Origin: Thalia democratica
Lineage: Eukaryota
Length of the DNA: 64,000 nt
NCBI GenBank assembly: GCA_965202585.1
Contig: OZ241829.1
Location: 9,796,001 to 9,860,000, forward strand
Reading direction: 5' to 3'
This document shows, in pieces, positions 48,532 through 59,602 of the stretch. Numbering within the stretch: the stretch's first letter is position 1; each line of letters opens with the position of its first letter. The notes beneath the pieces were generated by a model. That model saw only the letters and a program-made list of their open reading frames with translations, made no database searches and was not told where the DNA came from. Both the position numbers and the translations under genes were made by a program.

Positions 48532-50704
48532 ATGGCACACTTTGAAAAAATCAACTTCCATTATTCAACAAAAAATATCCCTATATGCAGCCAAAACGAA
48601 TACAAGCTTAAGCTAATTGACAAGATAAGAAACTTCTGCAGGCGAATTAGATTGAAAGTTTTCTACTGTACAAACAAAGAAGAAAATGAAAGTATGTATG
48701 AAAATGAGGAAAAATAGAAACTTTTGGATTTAAATCAAAATTCCTACCAAAACAAGAAGAAGAACTCAAACTTTTTGAAAGTGATATGTTTGACATTGTT
48801 AGACAACTAAAATTCAGAAGGATAGACAATAAATTCCAAGAAAAAATTCAAAAAGATGTAAAAACAATAAGAAACAGCAAGCAAATCTACGTGGCCGCAG
48901 ACAAAACAACAAATTATTATAAATTGAACAAAAATGAATACATAAAATTAAAGGAAAATTCCATCAGAAAAACATACAAAAAGAACAATTATACTGTAAT
49001 TGACAGTAAAAATAAGGAAGCTAAACAAATAGTCAAAAAATTAAAGCTTGAAAAGAAGCTAATCAATCAACTACCATTAAAAGATTGTTATGTAACACTC
49101 AAAGACCACAAAGACAACTTCTTCTCAAAGCCAGAAACAAGACTAATAAATCCATCAAATTCAGACATTGGACAAATCAGCAAAATTATAGTTGAAAAAG
49201 TCAACAAATCAATCAGAAAAACAAAAGAATTTAACCAATGGACTAGTACAGAAGAAGTACTGAAGTGGTATAAAAATTTGGAAAAGAACAAATACAAATT
49301 AATGAAATTTGATATTAAAGATTTCTATCCCAGCATAACCAAAGCACTTCTAAATAAAGCAATTGAATTTGCAAGCAACTACGAAACAATCACTGAACAA
49401 GATAAATCCATAATAGACAATGCTGCAAAATCTGTTTTAGTAGACAAAGAAGAAATTTGGACAAAACAAAGCATAAGTGAGAAAGATAATGAGCTGTTTG
49501 ACATAACAATGGGGAGCAGACATGGAGCTGAAATAAGTGAACTAGTTAGACTTTATATACTCCAAGGCCTAAAGCAAACACTACCTGATAAAATAATAGG
49601 AATCTATAGAGATGATGGATTAATAGCTTTAGACAAATCAACAAGCAACGTTGAAGTAGTAAAAATAAAAAAAGAACTACACAAATTAGCTAAATCAATA
49701 GAAATAAAAATAATCATCGAAAACCCAGCATTTCAAATAAACTTCCTGGACCTAAACTTAAATCTAAAAAAACACAGCTTCTACCCATACAGAAAACCAA
49801 ACAACAGAATCAATTATGTAAATGCAAATTCTAACCACCCACCAGCAATTATCAAACAAATCCCAAAGATGATAGAAAATAGATTAGCCAAAAATTCAAG
49901 CAGCAAAAAACTATTTGACAGTATAAAAAAAGAATATAATGAAGCGTTAAAACTAAATGGCTACAGTCATGACATAAATTATACAAAAATAACCAATGAA
50001 ACAACTGTGAAAAAGAGAAAAAGAAAATGTATATGGTTCAACCCACCGTTTTGCTGTTCAGTGAAAACAAATGTGGGAAACAATTTCTTAAAAATAATAA
50101 AGAAGCACTTTAGCAAAGAAAGCAAACTAAATAAATACGTCAACAGCAACTGCATAAAGCTAAGTTACAGCTGTATGCCAAATATCGAAATGACAATCAA
50201 AAGCCACAACAAAAAACTGTTGAATAAAGAAAAAATCACAGTGAGACGTGCAATTGTAGGGACAAAAATAAATGCCCCCTAAAAGGTGGCAATTGTAGAA
50301 CTGAAAACGTCATATATGAAGCTTCAGTAAGCGCAAAAAACGAAACCAAAACATATATTGGAATAACAGCAAAACAATTAAAGAAAAGAATTTCAACGCA
50401 CAATACAACAATCAATTTCAAACCTGATAACAGAAATTACAATAAATACGTCAATTCAACAGAACTATCAAAAATAGTTCACAAATTAAAAAACGAAGGA
50501 GAGGATTACAAATTAAATTGGAAGATCCTAGAAAAAGTAAACAAACACCAACCAGGAAAAACAACATGCAAAGTTTGCTTGAAAGAAGCCCTCAAGATAT
50601 TACAAGCAAGTAACAACTGTATCAACAAAAAATCCGAACTCATGGGCAGTTGCAGACATAGGAACAAATTTCTGTTGATGAATTGGAAGCAAGCAATTAG
50701 CTAG
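48532..50704 (+). pseudogene. PLE polyprotein (about 724 aa) broken by two single-base deletions in A runs
   Basis: Three frames join at A5 48710-48714 and A6 50230-50235. RT motifs KFDIKDFYPSI, ITMGSRHGAEISELV, GIYRDDGL; thumb/linker WFNPPF and CNCRDKNKCP; GIY-YIG NVIYEASV..TYIGIT with H..CKVC..CRH; stop TAG at 50702-50704. Confidence 0.9.
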
Positions 50705-51114
50705 TATAACAAATGTTTAAATTAGGGTTTTGAATTTTGAGTTTTATTTGTTGTTTTTTATTATTTTGTTAAATGTTAAATATTCCGTTTCAACTTAAAT
50801 TCATGCATTGTGTTTAACCATTACTAGTTAATATGTTGCTTTTTAATGTTTTGTTTTATTTCGAAGTATATTAAGAATTAAAGCCAATCTTTTTGCCAAA
50901 ATCTTTAACTATAATCAAACATTCTGATATTATTATTATAATTACAATACAATATATTTTTCTAACTGCTAACTTAATCTAATCAAAAAATTAACAAAAA
51001 GCATTTCTCCTTTCTCTCTCTTTTTTCTCTCTCTTTTTACTTTCATTTACTTTCTTTTTACGCATGAATAGTTATTTTGTATTTATTAATAGTTGCCTAA
51101 AACGTGCTTGTTCT

Positions 51115-51179
51115 TATTTTGTTGAAGCCTGAAGAGATTGACTATCTGTCTTTCGAAACAGCTGTTGTTAAACAAAATA
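51115..51179 (+). ncRNA. Minimal type I hammerhead ribozyme in the PLE 3' pseudo-LTR
   Basis: CUGAAGA (51129-51135), stem II with GAC/GUC, GAAAC, palindromic AGCU loop, GUU cleavage triplet (51164-51166); stem I tattttgtt/aacaaaata plus 3 bp. Hammerheads in PLE pLTRs are established knowledge. Confidence 0.78.
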
Positions 51180-54100
51180 AACTATCGCACTCTATTTGTA
51201 TTTGACTTTTTTAATTATAATTATTACTAATAGCTTTTGTCTTTTATTAATATCTTGATTATTTTATGATTACTTGGTTACTATATAAGTGTGTAAAATC
51301 TTGTTATTTGTTAGCATTGTACTCTACTGAAGAGAATTGCTCGAAATATATATAGTGTTTTTGAAATTGTTAGTCTTGTGTAACTTATTGAACAAAAAAC
51401 AACGAACTTAATAACAGTATTTTAAAAGGCTTGTTTTATATTGTAAGCTCTGTAACATAGTAAAAACTTTGGTTAAAAATATTTAAAACTAAAAAGTTTA
51501 TAAGAGTTTTATTATAAAAAAGCTAGTCTACATTTATAGTCGGTAAATTAATACTATGAAATTAAAACCTCACATTTATACAACTCATATGAACATTTGC
51601 GACAAGCCTTAGCTTTTAATACTCATTTTAATACTATTTTTACTATATATAAAGTATTTAACTAACGAGCATTAGTTCGTATAATGTTTTCTAAAATTTG
51701 TCTTGACGAGTTAAACACTTATTAATTATAATTAAGTAGAAATAAAAAATCACTTATAGTTGTCACATAATACTCACGCTCGAATTTGTTTATTTTTCTA
51801 TTTTGTTTGACTCAGTATAACGCAAAAAGCGCCAAAATAGTTTAGATTCTTTTTGGTACAACTTGTGTCTATTTAGAAAATTTTTCTCCTTTAAAGTTTT
51901 CAAATTCTGTCATACATGAATAATAAAATAGTTAAATTTATACTTGTTGTACTTGAAAATTAAACTCAAACAATTAAATTTCGACAATTCAAGTTTTTTA
52001 AAAAATTTCCAAAGGCAAACAAGTAAAAAAGTGTTACACAGAAAAATAAAAGAAGTGGTCTAATTAAGAAGATTATGATAAACAAAAAATAAGAAAATAT
52101 TTATACTATAAAAAGGTATTTTAGAAGGCTGCTAAAAATTACCATATAAATATATAACTAAAACTAGTTTAAGCTAAATCTCAAAACATATTTATACATT
52201 TGGAAAAATAAAAAAATGTGTTTGTATGTATTATATAGACAAACATTTTTTTAATAATTTTAATTGTCGGAGTTTAATTTGTCTGAATTGTCCTGCACTC
52301 GTGGTATAAACTAAAATAAAAGATCTTTTAAACCAGCTGTTTTCATCGATTTGAAAAGCTAAATTTGTGCATATTTTTTTTGTGATTAATTCCATTTAAA
52401 GTATTATAAATTCTATGCGAAGTTCAGTTTATTTTACGAAACGGTATAAAAGTATAAAGAGAAAATCTAAACTTACTAAATTAAACAAATACTTCTAAAT
52501 GATGACTTTACAAAACATATTAAATTGACAAACTATTTGTTGTTGTTAGTTTTTATCTTAATAATGTTGTACATTTTCGAACTTTTCGAAGACTTCGGAA
52601 TAAATGTCTTTGCATTTTTTTGTATTTTATATATTAATTAAAACCTTACCAGTTTTAAAGTATTTTACCATTATTACGCTTCTAGCTTTTAAATTTTGTA
52701 GTATTATAAAATAATAAGAAATATAAAACTAAAAATGATTGACATTTATAAATTTGTTCTTTATTATATATAGTTTATTATAACACGAAGCTTTAGTAAA
52801 CAATATTTTTAAAGTTTTCGAGCATTTACTTTTGCCTAATTTGATTTTTGGTAGTTATTAGTTTCAATTTGATCATTTATTTGCAGATTTGCTCGAACTA
52901 TGTTACTTTTATAATAACTTACTCTAAACTTAAAATTTTATATTTTTATCTTAAACAAAGACGACCAAAAAACAAGCGTCGGACAAAAAAACATTGAATA
53001 ATTTTTACAATGAGAAGTATTTGTAGCGTTAAATGTTTTATCAAATAATTTTTGCGTTTTTAGCGATTTAATATAAAGAAAACTATTTTCCTTTGTTTTA
53101 TTCTAATAACAACAAGAATAACTTTTTTAAACAACTTACTTATCATTTTATGATTTAGATAATTTTTGCTCAGATTAATGGTCAAACACTTATAATAATC
53201 ATAGTTTAAACTTTAAACAATAGTTCGCACACTTTATATAACTGTATTCAATAATTAAAAATAGACTACCTTCTTTATAAAGTTTTAATACTTTTTTACT
53301 AAATTAAAATTGGTAATTGAAGCGTTTATTTTGATATTTTAACTTCCGTTAGAAGTACTTATTGTAAGAGGTTTGGTAACTGAATAACATATAAGCTACA
53401 ATGCAGTTATTTTGTTATGAAAGTTATATTTGTAGTAAAATAAGTGGTTAATTTGTTTTAAAGCAACCTGGTTTGAAACTACATAATTTTTAAGATTCAT
53501 TAAAAGATTTTAGTATGTAATAGGTTTAAAACAGTTCTAGTCTAACTAAAATTAAAAACTATGCTTTTATTTCAAAGAATATTTTACACTTACCTGTTTT
53601 GAACAACAAACTTGATTGTGATTTATGATAAATAGATATTATTTGTGTTGAAAAACTTTAAATTACTTGCAGCTGAGGTGTGAATGTATATAGTAACAAT
53701 GCAAAAAATTAGAACTAATATGTAACTACGAAGTATTCTAGTCGCTAAAGTAGGAAAACTACCTTTTTTAAACTCGCTTTAGTTTGCCTATGGAATATTT
53801 GTTTATAAAAAGCAGACTCATTTGTTTATATTTTATTATAGAATACTGAAAAAAAACACACAATAGAACTTAAAGTAAATATCTAATATGTAACTTAAAA
53901 TCATTTAATTTTTCTTTTAAAAAGATTATTACTTAAAGCTTTTGAACTTGTACTCCATACTATGTTAAAAGTAAAATGAGGAAAAAAATGTTTATATGGA
54001 TATAAAAATTTAACTAAATATGAATAACTATGCAATATTAAATATAAAAATTTAACCTAAATTAGGTTTAAAAAGTTTTATTTTTAATTTAATTTTTGAC

Positions 54101-55961
54101 CAAGAACTTAATACAGTTAAAAATTTTTTAACTATTTAGAAAATTATAATAAAAAGTTGTTATTAGAAAGTTATTATAGTATAGTTATTTTAAAGAGCCA
54201 ATAAGTTTTGAATATTTTAAAATTGTTTACCACTATAAAACATTTAGAATAGTCTTACAAAAAATAGATTTTTCCAGTGTTCTATTGATAATAAAGAGCA
54301 TATTTTGCAAATTAAGATTAATTAAAAACTAAAAACTTGTTACATAAAAATCAAAACTACTTTTATAAATAGTTTCAAAAGTTCAACCAAAAACGTAGAC
54401 CATCACATGTTGCTAACAACATACAAATTGCATTTCAACTTGAAATTAGCTGATTGAAAATATTATCTTAAATAAAACAGCAGTCTAAAAATTAGATATC
54501 AATAAATATCAAAGTAAATTTCTAAAGTAAACAAGCTAATGTATCAAAAGATAAATACACACTAAAAAAATTACATTAATCTAAGCTATCAACATGAAAA
54601 GCGACCAACTTAAGTTTGAAAATTAGGAGCTAATAGGAGATAAACTCTGTTGCCTATATCCTTTTATTATTTATTAACATATTTCATTATTACGAAAAGT
54701 TCGAGAAAAAAAGAATAGAAATATTCTATAAAATTGTACTAAAATTAAATTAAAAAGGTTCACAGTAAAAATGTTTCTATTTTTCATTATATAGTTTTTA
54801 TAAAATACTTTTAAGATTTAAATGCCTCGTTTTCAAATGAGTTTTACTTTTGGCAGCATAAAGTAGAACTTCAAATAAAATAAAATAAATACTAACAGCT
54901 TTTTCAATCTTTTTTAAATTCTAGTCTTAGCTTTTTTTAAATGTTTTTTTTTTTTTAATTTTCTTCTATATCTATCGTATGGTTAAATATATTTACCCTG
55001 AAAGTTGAATGTTTTCAAAGTTATCTTAACCAATTAAATCTTAACATTATTAAAAAGAAGACAATAAATAAAAAAGCTGTAACATTTTTGTATTAGCTAA
55101 ATGAAGTTACCGATCATTTTTCTTCTACTCGAGGTGAGTGGAAAATTACTCGGTAAGTTTAAGAGAACATATATGAAATATATTTCGATATTTTGATATG
55201 GCCACAGGCTACTTTAGTAAGACTTATCATGAACGAAAAATCGCGGATTGAATGTTTGAAATTTTTGTTGCTAACTTTTGCTGATTTTAGAAGTAAATTG
55301 AAAACATTATTATTACTATTCAACATTAATAAGATTCCAAGAAAACTAAGGAAGTAAACAAATTCTAATAGACTTATAAAAAGTAACAGATTTTTTTTTT
55401 AATTCAAAGTTGGAAGAAACAAAGTTGCCTTTAAACTTATAAAAATAATCCCTATCTTTAATCAGTTTCATTTGAACAGTTTATCATTAAATTTTACTAT
55501 TTTTTATTGTAAATAAGTTTTCACTAATTATAAATTTAATATCAAAAGCATAAAAATTAAATTGTAAGGAAATTAAGTTCTACAGTAAAAATAAACGAAC
55601 AATGAACTTCATCTCACGACTAACAACAAGAGCATCCGAGAAAATTTACGACCAACTTCGTCCTTTTTAGGACTCATAAAGCAGGCTTAGTCGTGAGAAA
55701 CCGCTATTGTAATCTTAGCCAAAGGAGCTTAAATGCGTATGCACTGAAGAGACCTTTTGTGGGTAAAGTCCGAACAATTGACGCAGGCAAATCGTTAGCA
55801 GCCCAACTTCTAAGAAATTGTCAGCTTAATGTGAGATTTTACTCTCTACGCTCGTTTTATCAGTTTTAGCCAGTATTTATTTCGGTCGTCATCAACAAAG
55901 TTGAGATATTTTCGCCAATAAACTTAATAAAGATAATTTGTAACTTATTATTTTGATTGTA

Positions 55962-56290
55962 TATTTTATTTTTGTTGTAATATGCCATAGTTTATCAATA
56001 TGATTATATATAACTTTTCTTAATCATTTAGATTTTGATTAAACTTTATTTTTGATTAACTGCTTCAGTTTATTTATTTTTGTTGTTATATGCCATAGTT
56101 TATCAATATGATTATATATAACTTTTCTTATTCATTTAGATTTTGATTAAACTTTATTTTTAATTAACTGATTCAGTTTATTTATTTTTGTTGTAATATG
56201 CCATAGTTTATCAGTATGATTATATATAACTATTCTTAATCATTTAAATTTTGATTAAAGTTTTTTTTGATTAAGTGCTTCAGTTTGTTT
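55962..56290. repeat. Tandem repeat, 108-bp unit x3, high identity
   Basis: tgttgt.atatgccatagtttatca.tatgattatatataact recurs at 55973, 56081 and 56189. Confidence 0.92.
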
Positions 56291-57210
56291 TTGTTAATAT
56301 TTATTATTTTTAAAGTTTTAAAAAGCAATTTATTCGGAGGAAAAAAAATGTCAGTCTTTTATATTATTCTATTTTAAAATAAATATTTTTTCAAACCATA
56401 TTTCTATAATTTTAATTATTAAATTTCGTGCACCGCAAATTTCTGTTAATAAGATTTACAAAAATGATATTTAACTTTATATTTTACTTATCAAAAACAG
56501 TAAATGAATATTGTTTAATTATACAAAAAAATAAAGTAAACAGTAAAAAACGTAAGAACGGCATTAACAAGTACTATTTTTTAGTGATTTTTAAAACACT
56601 ATTAGCTTAATTATTTTTAATTGAACAAGTCTTTGAATTATTTATTTTTGCATTGAAAAGCAAGTAGTAAGCAGCAAATTAAAAACAAATTCTTGACTAA
56701 AAATCCAAAGTGTATAAACAGCTTAAATATGTTGACAGTCTTAAATTAGTTAGTTATATTTTACCATTAGTTACGTTTGTGCTATTTGAAAAAATGTATA
56801 AATCAGCAAACTTTATTTAAACTTAGCTAACGTAATTGTTTTTATAGTTTAAATTATAACTGTTTTTAATTAGACTTTGATTTGCTATTTATTTTGTTTT
56901 TGAGCAAGATAGTTGCAAACTAAAATGTTTTATTTTTTAAACCTTGTTATTGAATGTTGTTTTATCGTTATTTTTTCTAAATTATGAAAGAAAAACTAAA
57001 CTTCTTAATATATTAAACAATTCAACCTTGTTAAACGTATGATTTATTATATTCCTGTTATAAAAAGAATTAAATGAAATTAAAATGAACGAAATAGTCA
57101 AAACAAAGTAAAAGTGATCTTTTAAAAAGTGATCTAAAAATAAAAACGAAATAATAAAAAATACTGATTTAAACTTAAATTTTTAAAGTAAAAATTAACA
57201 AATTTTAGTG

Positions 57211-59602
57211 TCAAGTAGCAGGTCTAACCATTAGTTTGGTTTTTTTCAAAGGACTAAAAGTATTCTGATTTCCCCACCATATATATCTATCATTAACTAT
57301 ATTTTCAATATTTTCCACGTAAGGCCCGTTAACGTTTTGAGCTCCACAATCACTCCACCAATTAGCTCCACGAAAACTTTCAGCACAGTTACCACCAGCA
57401 GTGTCGTGATCAGCATCAAATGTACTGAACTCCATATTGTTTGAATGAGACAAGCTGTGTCCTAAAAGATAAAACATTTTAGAAAAAAAATCAATTAAAA
57501 ACTTTATAAATGAGTAATTTAATTTTGTGCAACTTTTATAGTCGTAAAACTTTTTGACATTCTATAGTACTTTATACTATATATTGAATATAGTTTAATT
57601 GAAAAGATTTGCGCTTTTTAAATATTCCTTTTATACTTTCACATAAAAGTTTATATATATATATTTTTTTTTTGATTGACATTTTATTTTCTAAAAATCA
57701 AAGCTATAGTTATAAAACCTTAAATTTTGTAATAACTTTGAAATCAACTTTGTATAAACCTCCAACAGTACCAGAGAAAGATCCTTTCTTGAATGAAAGT
57801 CTGTAATTATCCTCTGAACCAGCTACACGAAAATTCCTAAAATAAAGCTTTTGTTTAGTGTTTTAAATTCTAATTAATGTTTTGTAAGTACAATTGTAAA
57901 ATTTCCAGCGTTACTGTATCTTCATTTAATTGGTGCACGACTCGTTAAATTCAAACAATTAAAGTTCCTCAATTCAAAACTTAAGATACTAAATCATAAA
58001 ATATAATAAATCATATAATAGAAAAAGTTAAGAGACTAAATCTAAAAGTGTAATATGTATTTGCAAAAAAAAAAAATGTTTAGGTCTTATTAATATCCAC
58101 AAGTTATTTCAAATTTTTTAGAAAGTTTTAATTATTTTTCGAAATACTGCGAAAGTATAGTAATTTTGTTTTAAAGTATATTAGTTTTTATTATTTTTTT
58201 TATCTCAAAAACTATTGAAATAAAAAATGATAGCTTGTTGGTATTCATAGGACTTACATTTTTTTTATGTATATTAGTTTTTGAGGTTTGGTATCTTTAA
58301 CAACTTTTTTAAAGAATTTGAATATTCCAATTTCGAAATGTCATTTAGAGAGAGCTTTTTAAACAAAAACAAAAATTTGCTGAAATTTTTTTTTAGTTTA
58401 AGAACCTCTTAGATTGTATCGAGTTGCATACCTAAATTTAAGCAAAATTATTATCACCGCAACAAAAAAAATGTAGTCCAATTTTAAGTTTTTCGAAGCA
58501 AAATATATTTCACTTTGTATAACGCGTAATTAAACTCACTTATATTCAGCGTATTTAGTTTTGCCATCAAAAGTAGTGTATTCTACCCTAAAGTCATTTA
58601 CTGAGTTTTTGGTCAACTTATTTAGATGGTTGAGGCCTATAAGTTTTAGTTAGTTTTATTAAAACGTGTTGTTACAAAACATTTATAGCCTTTCTAAAGA
58701 TTTTACCTAGTAAAATTTACTTACCTAACCAAAATTCGCCGTTAATGCAGCCAAATCCTTGTTCGTACGACTTCCAGTTTCTATAAAAATCCACTGTTCC
58801 ATCAAATCTCCTCTGAAAAACCTGCAAAAAAGTTAAGATTTATTATAAATACTAATAAATTTTAAAGTAAATTAAAAACTTGAAGAAATGATTAACTTTT
58901 TAAGTTATTAAATTGTATTATAACTATAAATTGTACATATACATATAATTTTTCTAAACTCATGTGTCTATATCAGTAAACATTTATAGAACAAACTTAC
59001 GGTCCATCCACCGGAATTACTGTTCATTTCACACCAAACCAACAAAATTTCCCCGTCAATTTCAATCTTGTAAGTTCCAGTTGGTAAGCTTGGGTCGAAA
59101 TTTTTGATATCTTTGCAACTCCTTGACTTACCTTAAAAAGTATATATTGTTATAAAAGCTACACTAAATTAAATAACATAAAAAATACCTCGAAGTATTC
59201 TTTGTAAACCATCTATTTTTTCTGATCGTTCAGTTAGTTTATCCTTTTGCCCTAATATTGTTTTGTTTAGCACCTGCATTTATAAAAATCATTAAAAACT
59301 TTATTGAAAAACTGAAAAGTAAAAATATTTACCATTTCAAAATCCTTTTGCCCTGTTATAGTTTTCTTCAGCACCTACATTTATAAAAATCATTGAAAAA
59401 CTTTATTGAAAAACTGTAAAATAAAAATATTTACCCTTTCATAATCCGTTTGCCCTGTTATAGTTTTGTTTTGTTCTCTTATTTTTTTGTTGAAGGCATA
59501 ATATTTTCCTGTACAATGCAACGCTAAGGTAGAAAAACAGATGATTACAAAAACATTAAGTATTGCAGATGCAATTAATATCTTTCTCATTTCGAACGCC
59601 AT
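57211..59602 (-). CDS. Fibrinogen-related domain protein (FReD), about 315 aa, N-terminal hydrophobic anchor, 8 exons
   Basis: Exons 59602-59435, 59374-59333, 59273-59189, 59131-59001, 58821-58725, 58636-58540, 57836-57760, 57461-57211 (948 nt, phases consistent, all GT-AG). Motifs [72 protein letters not shown]. Confidence 0.92.
59273..59474 (-). repeat. About 101-bp tandem duplication comprising exon end + intron + exon start in the FReD gene
   Basis: Introns 59434-59375 (60 nt) and 59332-59274 (59 nt) are near identical; the flanking coding segments repeat KTITGQ/KTITGQK/KTILGQK. Confidence 0.88.

Larger units (their letters stand above)
48382..51202 (+). mobile_element. Penelope-like retroelement (RT + C-terminal GIY-YIG endonuclease), near full length
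   Basis: Bounded by a 35-bp direct repeat ttaaacaaaataaactatcgcactctatttgtatt (48382-48416 and 51168-51202); encloses the RT/EN ORF and a hammerhead motif. Confidence 0.92.

Noticed and set aside
48647-50421. Minus-strand ORFs at 48647, 49088 and 50236
   Set aside because: Antisense to the PLE ORF.
55602-55904. ATG-started frame with an upstream acceptor, possibly a pseudogene
   Set aside because: Seven internal stops in about 100 codons is close to random expectation for this composition, so coding origin is unsupported.
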